Assembly: GCA_043816005.1 (NCBI GenBank)
Contig: JBDRIM010000064.1
Location: 13,832 to 77,831, forward strand
Reading direction: 5' to 3'
DNA: 64,000 nt
Origin: Candidatus Micrarchaeota archaeon
GTDB taxonomy: Archaea; Micrarchaeota; Micrarchaeia; Anstonellales; Bilamarchaeaceae
How positions within the stretch are numbered: the stretch's first letter is position 1; the number at the start of each line of letters is the position of its first letter. Both the position numbers and the translations under genes were made by a program. The notes below the pieces were generated by a model. The model was given only the letters and a program-made list of their open reading frames with translations. It did not search any database and was not told the origin of the DNA. Of the stretch, positions 40,418 to 49,629 are shown piece by piece.

Positions 40418-41763
40418 TTTGTCACCATATTGAAATTCTTATTTTGATTCAAATAGAGTGTATCGCATTTTGCTGTCAGTGTTTGGGGCATATTGCAGAT
40501 AGCCGGAACTAAGGAAGATGTTATTGATGGTTGCATATTATACCAAAAAACAACCCATTGGTGGTTTTTTTGGACTCCATCTGCATTTTTGAAATACCAA
40601 CCATTTATTGAATTTTCAATTGTTGAACGCCAGATAAGTGATGGATAATATTTTTTGATCATACACCAGACAGATTTACCAAGGCCATTTCCTTGTGCAT
40701 TTTTCGAAACAGCAAATTTATCTAGATAATAGTGACCAGAAAATTTCTTTATGATTGCAATTGCAGAATAATCTTTTTCCAGGATAATGCTATCGATTGG
40801 ATAATCGAAATAATTATCTGAAAGAATTTTACCAAAGCTATCTTCCAACAAACTTTTGATTTTTTTAGTGTTGAGACCACTGAAGTTTTTTTTGATAATA
40901 AAGTTACCACCATAACGAACAAAAGTGCCGCTTCCTTTTACTGTGAACAGTTCCTTAAGGAGATTCTCGGGTGAACAGATTTCCACGATAGTATCTGGAA
41001 CATGAGTAAGTAATTTTTCTATTTCTTGGACTTTGAGCAGCATACCTTCGTTTATCACTTTGTTTTCAATCAATCCCTTCAGATCATATTTTATGTCAAT
41101 AGCAGAGATTATTTTTCCGTCTTTGTCTAGTATGCCACCTGTTCCCGTAAGAAGAATAAATTTTTTTGGTTTGATTTTTTTGACAATTTCGTTAGAAAGG
41201 ATATCTGCATTTATGTTGTATGCTGATTTTTTGATTTTTCCTAAAGAAGCTAGTACTGGTATGTGACCCGAACTGCAAAGTTCTTTGATTTTATCAGAAT
41301 GAATATTGGTTACTTCGGCTACAAAACCAAGGTCAACACCATCAACAATTGCTTTTTGTACTTCGATCATACCAAGATCATTAATATTTATTGCACGTCC
41401 GCCTTTTTTGTTGATGGAACTTACAAGATCAGTTGTGAGTTTATCCATAACTTTAGAAACTATTTTTATTGAGTCTGAATCGGTAATTCGAAGACCATTG
41501 ATTTTTTTGCTTTCAATCCCTTTTTTCTTGAGGGCTTCTTCAATTGGCTTCCCACCACCATGGATGACGATTGGACAGAGACCGAGTTTAGATAGAAACG
41601 CAAGATCATCAGATACTGCACCCATATTTTCAGAGAGAGTTGCACCACTTATTTTAATTACTGCAAATTTATGTGGTTTGGACTGTTTGAACAGTCGCAA
41701 GTAAAGCCCAAGCTCATTTTCAAGGCCCAAGCTAGTGAGAAATTTCATTAGTGCATCTTTCAT
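40411..41763 (-). CDS. argB: acetylglutamate kinase fused to DUF619/NAT domain (bifunctional ArgB-ArgA type)
   Basis: IHGGG, NINAD, ELFTVKGSGT, YLDKFAV...QGNGLG, LIWRS...NGWYF. Confidence 0.9.
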   Translation of the reverse strand: MKDALMKFLTSLGLENELGLYLRLFKQSKPHKFAVIKISGATLSENMGAVSDDLAFLSKLGLCPIVIHGGGKPIEEALKKKGIESKKINGLRITDSDSIKIVSKVMDKLTTDLVSSINKKGGRAININDLGMIEVQKAIVDGVDLGFVAEVTNIHSDKIKELCSSGHIPVLASLGKIKKSAYNINADILSNEIVKKIKPKKFILLTGTGGILDKDGKIISAIDIKYDLKGLIENKVINEGMLLKVQEIEKLLTHVPDTIVEICSPENLLKELFTVKGSGTFVRYGGNFIIKKNFSGLNTKKIKSLLEDSFGKILSDNYFDYPIDSIILEKDYSAIAIIKKFSGHYYLDKFAVSKNAQGNGLGKSVWCMIKKYYPSLIWRSTIENSINGWYFKNADGVQKNHQWVVFWYNMQPSITSSLVPAICNMPQTLTAKCDTLYLNQNKNFNMVTKC

Positions 41764-41861
41764 AGATAAACGTGGGTAGAAATTTGTATTTAAATATTGC
41801 GCGCTGGGTGTTACATTTAATTACACATATGTTCTAAATGTAACAAAGAAGGTTGATACAA

Positions 41862-42458
41862 ATGGAAAAAATAAGTGAATTGGTTTGGCTTTATATAAAA
41901 AGAAGACCATTTTTGAAAGAAATAGTACGAGATGGGATAGTAAATCATTCTGCACTGGCAAGAAAAATAGCAATAGAAGCATTAGGTAGTATGAGATATG
42001 GAAATGCAGTAAAAATGGCACTGATAAGAATGAGTTCCAGGCTTGAAAAAAGCGAAGAAAAACTTGAAAGCAGAATTCTTGAGGTTTTGAAAAAAAGTTC
42101 GATGGTAATAAAGAATAAAGTTGTGGCTGTCACTACAAAACGAGAGATAGAAGGGATAACACCCTTATCCTATGCAAAATCAGGACGACATATAACATAT
42201 ATACTTGAACAAGTGGATTTTGAGAATATACCAAAAAAATTGATCTGGAAAGGAGAAGAAAATTTAAATCTTATAACAATAGAAAGCCCGGAAACCCTTG
42301 AGGAAGTACCAGGAGTAATTTCTCACATACTTAGCGCACTTGCATCCGAAGGAATAAACGTTGTTGAATTCATTTCATGCTATACGGATACTATATTGGT
42401 GATAAAACAGGCAGACACTTCAAGAGCATACCAAATTTTGTCTGAATTGACTGAATAA
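41862..42458 (+). CDS. ACT-domain protein with N-terminal helical domain, probable amino-acid-sensing regulator
   Basis: VNHSALARKI and PGVISHILSALASEGINVVEFISCYTD; divergent from the arg operon. Confidence 0.8.
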   Translation: MEKISELVWLYIKRRPFLKEIVRDGIVNHSALARKIAIEALGSMRYGNAVKMALIRMSSRLEKSEEKLESRILEVLKKSSMVIKNKVVAVTTKREIEGITPLSYAKSGRHITYILEQVDFENIPKKLIWKGEENLNLITIESPETLEEVPGVISHILSALASEGINVVEFISCYTDTILVIKQADTSRAYQILSELTE

Positions 42459-42623
42459 TTTTTGTCCGATGCACTCACCTACGGCTCGTGGGGGATTCGA
42501 AATGGAGATTACAGTTATCGCCACTTTGTTCCAGAATTTTCCTGAGCAGACCTAATGCTGTGAAAAGTAAAATAAAAGGTTTGCCAAATTTTCCCGTCAG
42601 GGAAAATTTTAGCAAAAAAGAAA

Positions 42624-42862
42624 CGGGCCCGGTGAGATTTGAACTCACGACCTACAGCTGGCACCTTTTTAGTAAAAAGGTGCCCCCAAAAACGGGGTGT
42701 CCTATTTACTAGAGATTAGAAGGCTGCCGCTCTATCCAAGTTGCTCATAAGTTTACCATTTTCGCGATACAGCGAAAATTAGCATGTACTTGAACGATAC
42801 TTCGTTCAAGACTGCCATGAATGCAAAACATTCATTGCAAAACAAAACTGAGCTACGAGCCC
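42624..42862 (-). tRNA. tRNA-Arg(UCU) with two introns: 15/16 (42741-42847, 107 nt) and 37/38 (42660-42716)
   Basis: Spliced 75-nt GGGCTCG-TA-GCTCAGCTTGGATAGAGC-G-GCAGC-CTTCTAA-GCTGT-AGGTC-GTGAG-TTCAAAT-CTCAC-CGGGCCC-G; BHB helix GCTC/GAGC. Confidence 0.9.
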
Positions 42863-43060
42863 TGAATTTTAATTAACGAGCCAGTTTTGGCTCCCTGTTG
42901 TTCGGCGTTCCGAACAATGGGCCGTTGAACGAAATATTGTTCAATCGGCCACCTTTTAACTAAAAGGTGGAAACGAGCCCGTAAGAAACATACTAAGTTG
43001 AGTAATATTTAACAACATTAGTTTTTCAGTATAATTATAAAAAACAGAAAAATGAAAAAA

Positions 43061-43141
43061 TTAACCTTCTTCTCCCCAGTCCTCTTCTTCGAAATCTTCT
43101 TCGTCGAAATCGTCATCTTCATCAAAAGACAGTGGTCTCAT
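43061..43141 (-). CDS. acidic micro-protein 3 (26 aa)
   Basis: MRPLSFDEDDDFDEEDFEEEDWGEEG*. Confidence 0.65.
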   Translation of the reverse strand: MRPLSFDEDDDFDEEDFEEEDWGEEG

Positions 43142-43143
43142 TA

Positions 43144-43224
43144 CTAATCCTCTTCCTCCCACTCATCTTCCTCAGAATCTCCATCATCGTCGAATTCATC
43201 ATTTTCATCTATTTTTAAGATCAT
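43144..43224 (-). CDS. acidic micro-protein 2 (26 aa)
   Basis: MILKIDENDEFDDDGDSEEDEWEEED*. Confidence 0.65.
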   Translation of the reverse strand: MILKIDENDEFDDDGDSEEDEWEEED

Positions 43225-43225
43225 T

Positions 43226-43312
43226 TCACTCATCCTCTTCTTCCCATGCATCTTCATCGAAATCGTCATCTTCATCAATATCCTCTTCCTCGTCTATGGG
43301 CAATAATGTCAT
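43226..43312 (-). CDS. acidic micro-protein 1 (28 aa)
   Basis: MTLLPIDEEEDIDEDDDFDEDAWEEEDE*; AGGTGG SD upstream. Confidence 0.7.
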   Translation of the reverse strand: MTLLPIDEEEDIDEDDDFDEDAWEEEDE

Positions 43313-43413
43313 AGTATCCACCTGAGAATTGATGGTATAACGTGAAAAGGCTTTTAAAGGTTCTCGAAAATTGTTGTAGGCACAAATAAAAAGATAAAAG
43401 GGATCAAATAAGC

Positions 43414-43566
43414 ATGGGAACGGGTGCAATAACAGATTTTGTGTTTATACGAACGAAGGATTGGAAAAAAATTGACAAAAAAATGAAAACTATGAAATGT
43501 TTACGCTGTGGAATTATCAAGGTTGAAAAAAATGGAGTAGTGATGTTATGCGCGAAAAGTTCATAA
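43414..43566 (+). CDS. small basic protein with CxxC (50 aa)
   Basis: MGTGAITDFV...KCLRCG...CAKSS*; overlaps the start of the next gene. Confidence 0.4.
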   Translation: MGTGAITDFVFIRTKDWKKIDKKMKTMKCLRCGIIKVEKNGVVMLCAKSS

Positions 43567-44549
43567 CATCCTTGATAGTACCAACGGGAATAAAGGCGTC
43601 AGTAGGTGGTTTTTTAGGTGACGCAACTCCATTTGCAAATCTCATATCATCTATTTCTGATTGGACGATAGTGAACCCGAATGTAGTAAATGGCGGCGTT
43701 CTGAATTTGATGAAAGAAAATATTATTTACACTGAAGGAACCATGATGGACATGTTTTTCCGAGGTGAAGTAGCACTTGAACCAACAAATGGGAATAAGA
43801 TAGGTATTGTTGTTGAAAAGAACAACGATAAAGGTGCAATGGCACTTTTGATAAATACCATAAATGGACTGCGAGCAATAGGAGGAGTGGACGTAGTTGG
43901 TATAGAAATGACTGATAAGGTTGTTGATGCACAAGCACATGTCAACAACCATGGTGTTGCCCATGGAAACATTAAAGATCTGAATCAGCTTGACAAACCA
44001 ATAAAAAAACTTTTACAAAAAGGTGCCGACACCATAGCAGTAAGTGTTCAGGTTGGCGCAGACCATGAATTATGGGAAAAATATTACGAGGGAAATGGAC
44101 CAAACCCAGTTGGTGCACTCGAAGCAATTATATCCCACCATGTTGTTGCAAAATATAAAATTCCAGCTGCACATGCACCGTTAGTTCATCAAAACGAATG
44201 GAAAATAAATCTAAAGGACAAACCAGTTTATTGGCGTGCGGGAGCAGAAGCCATTTCACCTGCTTATCTAAGTTGTGTACTTTTAGGACTTTCAAAAGCA
44301 CCTAAAATTTCAAAAACTGGGATGGGGGTGCATGATCTTTCTGCATTAGTTATACCGCATTCTGCTTGTGGAGGTATTCCTGTTTTCGAGTGTATGAAAA
44401 GGAAAATACCGATAATTGCGGTGAAAGAAATTACTACTAATCTGAATGTGACTCCAAAAAGCATTGGAATTGAGGCAATAGAAGTTGAAACAATGGATGA
44501 CGCACTTGGAAAACTAATTGAGATAAAAGAAGGAATAAAATTAGAATAA
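43548..44549 (+). CDS. DUF3326-family protein
   Basis: IVPTGIKASVGGFLGDA, PNVVNG, EAIISH, PAAHAP, AEAIS...CVLLGL. Confidence 0.8.
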   Translation: MREKFITSLIVPTGIKASVGGFLGDATPFANLISSISDWTIVNPNVVNGGVLNLMKENIIYTEGTMMDMFFRGEVALEPTNGNKIGIVVEKNNDKGAMALLINTINGLRAIGGVDVVGIEMTDKVVDAQAHVNNHGVAHGNIKDLNQLDKPIKKLLQKGADTIAVSVQVGADHELWEKYYEGNGPNPVGALEAIISHHVVAKYKIPAAHAPLVHQNEWKINLKDKPVYWRAGAEAISPAYLSCVLLGLSKAPKISKTGMGVHDLSALVIPHSACGGIPVFECMKRKIPIIAVKEITTNLNVTPKSIGIEAIEVETMDDALGKLIEIKEGIKLE

Positions 44550-44711
44550 ACACAATAAAAATTGCAGATCCGCTTCCGAATCGAAGAAATCTGGACCACA
44601 TACCTACTTGTTCAAATCTCGAACATATAATATCCAGACGCACGGGAATTTTGGTTTTGTTGATTTTTCAGTTCGGATTTTTCGTTCTGAGTTTCTTCGA
44701 GCTGTTATTGA

Positions 44712-46616
44712 TTACTTCAGCCTAACAGCTTCAAGATCAGCTAATGCTCTTGAATCCTTTCTCATCATCATTCCAATCGAACGGGCGAATTCTTCTGTCT
44801 TGCCCCAATCACCATGCATAGTTAGCACTCTTTCTGGTGTTGGACGCAAATTCTTTAAATAAGCCATAAGTTGTGCCCTGTCACTGTGACCAGAGAAACC
44901 TTCTGCTGTTTCAACCCGCATGTTAATCTTAAGTGTTTTCATTTTACCATCATCACCAAGTATTGGAAGCTCCTTCATTCCCTGTTGGATCTTACTTCCA
45001 AGCGAAAGTGCACTTTGGTAACCAACAAAAGCAAGAGTGTTGTTTGGATTGTCTGCCATGAGCTTAAGATACTCATATGACGGACCGCCAGTAAGCATAC
45101 CAGAAGGTGCAAGTATGACCGCCGGTTCTCCATTAACAATTTCTTCCTTTGATGTTCCTTTGGCAACCTTTATCATAGGTGATTCGAACGGACTGCGATC
45201 GGAAAGAATCCTTCTTTGGAGTTGTTCCCTCAAATATTCTGGATATGCTGTATGTATTGCTGATGCTTCTAAAATCATTCCATCGATATAAATTGGAAGA
45301 TTAAGATCAGGTTCTCTTCGTATTAAATCTTCAAGAACCAACATTATTTCTTGTGATCGTCCAACAGCAAAAACTGGTATGAGAACTTTGCCCCTTTTTG
45401 CTATAGTATCTTTGATAATGTCAAAAAGTTTTTTCTCACTGTCAAAACGATTTACTGATATATCATTCCTACCACCATAGGTACTTTCTATAAGCAGTGT
45501 TTCAAGTCTTGGGAAATGGGTCGTAGCAGGATCAAATAGTCTAGTAAATCCAAATTTAAGATCACCAGAGTAGACAAGATTGTGTGTTCCTTCACCTATA
45601 TGAAGATGAATACTTGCACTTCCAAGAATATGACCAGCATTATATAATGTCATTTTAATTTCTGGCGTTATGTCCACAACTTCTTCATAATTAACTGTTA
45701 TGACATTTCTCAATTCTTTGTAAATATCTTTTTTTGTGTATGGTGGATCAACATTGAATGCTTTTTTGCAGAGATTTAAGTAATCCTGTTGCAGGAGAAC
45801 CATAAAATCTCGAGTTGGTGGTGTACAGTAAACAGGACCATCATACCCATATGCATAAAGATATGGTAAAAATCCCATGTGGTCCATGTGGCCATGGCTT
45901 ATCACAACTGCATCTATCTCTTCTAACGAAAAACCGGCCATATTAAGGTAGGGATACGCACGGGTTGGATCTGATGTTGCAGTATTTACACCAACATCCA
46001 ACAAAACTTTGCTGTTTGGAGTTTGAATAAGTAAACAAGACCTCCCAATTTCTCTGAAACCACCAAGTGCCATTATTCTGATCCAGTCTCCCGGTGGTGA
46101 TGGTTGACATATTTTTTTGCCGATGTTCACCAAAAACTTTTTGCGCTCAGATGCTTCCAATACATTTATTTTACGGATACCCGAAATTGTTGCCGATGGC
46201 ATTGTTGGAGCACGCAATGTTACTGGTGCCCATTTGGTTTTGAGCATTATTTCCTTAAGTATAGATCCTCCTTTTCCGATTACAAGTCCTGGTTTGATTG
46301 CTTCTATCCTAACTTCACACATTTCAGGAACAAAAATTATTGACTTGATGTCAGCTTCTTTTGGAACAAGAGATTCTATTTGGGCTTTTGCTTCCCCTAT
46401 ATCAGTAAGTTCACTTGGATCTACTCTTATGGTAACTTTCTTTTTAAGTGCGCTTGCAAGCTCTTTTATCAATCGGTCGTTTGAATAAAATGCATCGATA
46501 TTTTTGATGTAAATTACTGTAGACAGGCCTTCTGGCTCGACTTTGGTAACTTCGCATTGCGAAGGCATTATTTCACTTATTCTTTTTACTATATCTTTGT
46601 AGTGCAATGAAAACAC
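44712..46616 (-). CDS. beta-CASP ribonuclease aCPSF1 (FttA)
   Basis: KH domains; SHGHMDH, AGHILGS, ESTYG, FSGHSD. Confidence 0.95.
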   Translation of the reverse strand: MFSLHYKDIVKRISEIMPSQCEVTKVEPEGLSTVIYIKNIDAFYSNDRLIKELASALKKKVTIRVDPSELTDIGEAKAQIESLVPKEADIKSIIFVPEMCEVRIEAIKPGLVIGKGGSILKEIMLKTKWAPVTLRAPTMPSATISGIRKINVLEASERKKFLVNIGKKICQPSPPGDWIRIMALGGFREIGRSCLLIQTPNSKVLLDVGVNTATSDPTRAYPYLNMAGFSLEEIDAVVISHGHMDHMGFLPYLYAYGYDGPVYCTPPTRDFMVLLQQDYLNLCKKAFNVDPPYTKKDIYKELRNVITVNYEEVVDITPEIKMTLYNAGHILGSASIHLHIGEGTHNLVYSGDLKFGFTRLFDPATTHFPRLETLLIESTYGGRNDISVNRFDSEKKLFDIIKDTIAKRGKVLIPVFAVGRSQEIMLVLEDLIRREPDLNLPIYIDGMILEASAIHTAYPEYLREQLQRRILSDRSPFESPMIKVAKGTSKEEIVNGEPAVILAPSGMLTGGPSYEYLKLMADNPNNTLAFVGYQSALSLGSKIQQGMKELPILGDDGKMKTLKINMRVETAEGFSGHSDRAQLMAYLKNLRPTPERVLTMHGDWGKTEEFARSIGMMMRKDSRALADLEAVRLK

Positions 46617-46694
46617 CTCGAATTTAATTTCAGTTAGATTACTTGGAAGTAATTAATATCACAGGAAACAGACGAAAAAACAAAAAACAAAAAA

Positions 46695-47321
46695 TTATGC
46701 GTTCAAGAGTTTTGTAACTTCTTCTTTTGACAATCTCTTGAAACCTGTTTTTGTAACCATCGTAAGATCAACACGTTCACCACTTGCTGCATCTCTTTTC
46801 ATAGCAGCACTTACTGCTTTAGCAGCAACAATGAGATTTGTATTGATATCTTTATCTTCTCTATAAAGTTCCTCAAGAACACCATAGGCTATTGGCGAAC
46901 CACTGCCTGTTGATGTGAGTTTTTCTTCTGTAATGCCACCAAGCATATCAACAGAAAAAAGTCTTGGTCTTTCATCCATGCCACCTATAAGGAGCTGGAC
47001 AAAAAACGGATAGAACTTATATTGAGTAAGTATGTTTGCGAGTAAAGTTGCTGCAGCTTCGACTGTTGCTGGTCTTTCATTTTTAAGTTCGTAGAGTTTG
47101 AGTTCTGCAGTCATCCATCTAATTAATGTTTGCGCGTCACCGACACCGCCTGCAATAGTCATTGCAATGCAATCAGAAACTTGGTAGACCTTATCAATGT
47201 CTTTGCTTGCGATGAGATATCCCATTGTAGCTCTGCGGTCACTTGCTAATACGACACCATCTTTACATACCAAACCGACTGTCGTTGTGCCAGTTTGTAT
47301 TGCTTCTTTTTGATTATCCAT
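46695..47321 (-). CDS. psmB: proteasome subunit beta
   Basis: TG/TTTVG processing site, DRRAT, TGSGS, RDAASG. Confidence 0.95.
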   Translation of the reverse strand: MDNQKEAIQTGTTTVGLVCKDGVVLASDRRATMGYLIASKDIDKVYQVSDCIAMTIAGGVGDAQTLIRWMTAELKLYELKNERPATVEAAATLLANILTQYKFYPFFVQLLIGGMDERPRLFSVDMLGGITEEKLTSTGSGSPIAYGVLEELYREDKDINTNLIVAAKAVSAAMKRDAASGERVDLTMVTKTGFKRLSKEEVTKLLNA

Positions 47322-47379
47322 CAAAATCACTTCGGGAGAACGAGTAATAAAGTAAATTGCAAGGGAGCATTTTTAAATG

Positions 47380-48762
47380 CTACCAACGGCTTTCAATAAT
47401 CTCATTAATTGCTAACGCCGCTCTATGAACATCATGCAGATTATTGTAAAATGCAAGTGATGCACGAACAGCACCTGGAAGACTACTGGCATCGCGACCG
47501 CTTGCAGCAAACATAACTGCAATTAACTCCATAACTTCTGGAGGCTTACCCAAAAGCCGTGATACTAAAATATGGGCACAAAAACATCCGTCTCTAACGC
47601 TTATGTCATGCTCATCCAATATACGAGCCAAATCAGTATGTCTATGGGATCTGGAATTAAAGACAAAAATTGGAACACGCCCTTCACCTGACATTGGTGA
47701 ATATATATCAAGACCACGAACCTTCGCAAGTTCTTGACTAAACAGTCTGCCTAATTCTTCATCATGTGCAGCAATTCTTTCCATTCCAATAGCAGAAAGA
47801 TAATCAACTGCATAGCCCCATTCAATGGCTCCTTCGATATTTTGTGTACCTGGTTCAAATCGTTCTGGGCTACCAGCATAAGCAACATTACCCGCAGTTA
47901 CTAAATGCACTGCACTGCCACCACTTACTAAATCAGTTAGATAACGTTGTCCTCTTTTACTTACGAAAAACGCACCGATTCCAGTTGGACCGTACATTTT
48001 GTGTGCAGAAGCACTTGCAAAATCAACTCCTAAACTATCAAGATTAATTGGTATATGGCCAGCTGACTGTGCCATATCAAGATAGATTACCACCTGATCT
48101 CCAACTAGTTCGCGTATTTTTTTAACATCATTAACTGCGCCAGTTACATTAGAAACATGAACAAGGTTGAGTAAAATTCTACCGCCAAATCGACGTACAA
48201 CCTCTTCTAATACATTCAGATCAATACTACCATCACGGTTAACCGGAAGAACACCAAATCTTGCACCAGTTGCATCAGCAAAATTACGCGCAGTGACAAT
48301 TTGAGAATTGTGTTCTGCTTCAGTAACCAAAACTAGAGTATCTTGATCATAAGCAAACCTGGTTGCTAAAAGATTAGAAGAACCAGTTGTGCCGCTTGTA
48401 AATGCAAGATCATAGCTATGTGCATTGAAAAATCTTTTTAGTTTTTCTTTTGCACTATCATAGTTTTGTTGAGCTATGCGTGCTTCTAGTGAATTCTTTG
48501 AATGGTTACTGCCACGTAAATGTTCAAGTCGGAACAGGTGCATTCTATCTATTACAGTTCTTGGTTCTTGGCTTGTGGCACCAGAATCAAGATAAATACG
48601 GCCGCCTTTTTCAAAAAGTGGAAAATCTCTTTTTCTAATTCCTTCTATATCTGGCAGAATACCAGGAAAATATTTGGCTGTTGCACCTTCTTTAACTATT
48701 TTTGGAACATCAACAAAACCATTTCTTAGAAGTGGCAGTTGTGCTAGTGAACGTGGATTCAT
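47380..48762 (-). CDS. SufS-like cysteine desulfurase
   Basis: YLDSGATSQ, EHNSQ, SAHKMYGPTG, RDGCFCA, RASLAFYN. Confidence 0.88.
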   Translation of the reverse strand: MNPRSLAQLPLLRNGFVDVPKIVKEGATAKYFPGILPDIEGIRKRDFPLFEKGGRIYLDSGATSQEPRTVIDRMHLFRLEHLRGSNHSKNSLEARIAQQNYDSAKEKLKRFFNAHSYDLAFTSGTTGSSNLLATRFAYDQDTLVLVTEAEHNSQIVTARNFADATGARFGVLPVNRDGSIDLNVLEEVVRRFGGRILLNLVHVSNVTGAVNDVKKIRELVGDQVVIYLDMAQSAGHIPINLDSLGVDFASASAHKMYGPTGIGAFFVSKRGQRYLTDLVSGGSAVHLVTAGNVAYAGSPERFEPGTQNIEGAIEWGYAVDYLSAIGMERIAAHDEELGRLFSQELAKVRGLDIYSPMSGEGRVPIFVFNSRSHRHTDLARILDEHDISVRDGCFCAHILVSRLLGKPPEVMELIAVMFAASGRDASSLPGAVRASLAFYNNLHDVHRAALAINEIIESRW

Positions 48763-48852
48763 GTGATATTGAATGGAGGTTAGTGCGTATAAATATTTGT
48801 TTAAAATATGACAAAAAACAATACATAATTGTTTTAAAAGATAGAGGAGAGT

Positions 48853-49629
48853 ATGTGCCATGACAAAAAATCAGAATTTTTTGACTGTCGCGAACAGGAG
48901 GTTCGCTCCATGATAAAAAGTCCGTGTACATTTGAAAGAATACCATCCGGTATTCCTAATTTGGATAATATGATATGTGGTGGGCTGCCAAAACAAAGTT
49001 CAGTAATGATCCGTGGTGGCACTGGAACATGCAAAACAAATCTATGCATTCAATATCTTTATTATGGTGCGAAAGAACATGATGATCCAGGAGTTTTTTT
49101 AAGTTTTGCAGAAGCAAAACAACAAATACACCAACACGCGCATGGTTTTGGTTGGGATTTGGATGCACTTGAAAAAGAAGGTATGTTCACTATAATAAGA
49201 TATGAACCGCACGAAGTACTCAAAGTTATGGAGGAAGGCGGAGGATCAATAAGAGATACAGTGGAATCTTTAGGAGCAAGAAGAATAGTTATTGATTCTT
49301 TAACTGCTTATGAAATGCTTTTTGAAAAAAGATATCGTGCAAATGAATCGATATTGAATTTATTCGAAATGTTACGCAGTTGGAATGCAACCACATTAGT
49401 CACTTCAGAATCACCTATATCCCCAAATCAAGAGCACAGAGGAAGATCAGGATTTCTTAGTGATGGAATAATTAATATGTACAATTTAAGGCAGGGAAGA
49501 CATAGGATAAGAGCAATAGAAATAATAAAAATGAGAGACACAACACACACAGATCAAGTAAGGGTTTTCAAACTAACAAAAAACGGAATAGTGATTGGAG
49601 AGGAGTTGAAAAACATTGCAAAATTCTAA
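48853..49629 (+). CDS. KaiC/RAD55-like ATPase
   Basis: GGTGTCKT Walker A, IVIDS, IIKMRDT. Confidence 0.88.
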   Translation: MCHDKKSEFFDCREQEVRSMIKSPCTFERIPSGIPNLDNMICGGLPKQSSVMIRGGTGTCKTNLCIQYLYYGAKEHDDPGVFLSFAEAKQQIHQHAHGFGWDLDALEKEGMFTIIRYEPHEVLKVMEEGGGSIRDTVESLGARRIVIDSLTAYEMLFEKRYRANESILNLFEMLRSWNATTLVTSESPISPNQEHRGRSGFLSDGIINMYNLRQGRHRIRAIEIIKMRDTTHTDQVRVFKLTKNGIVIGEELKNIAKF

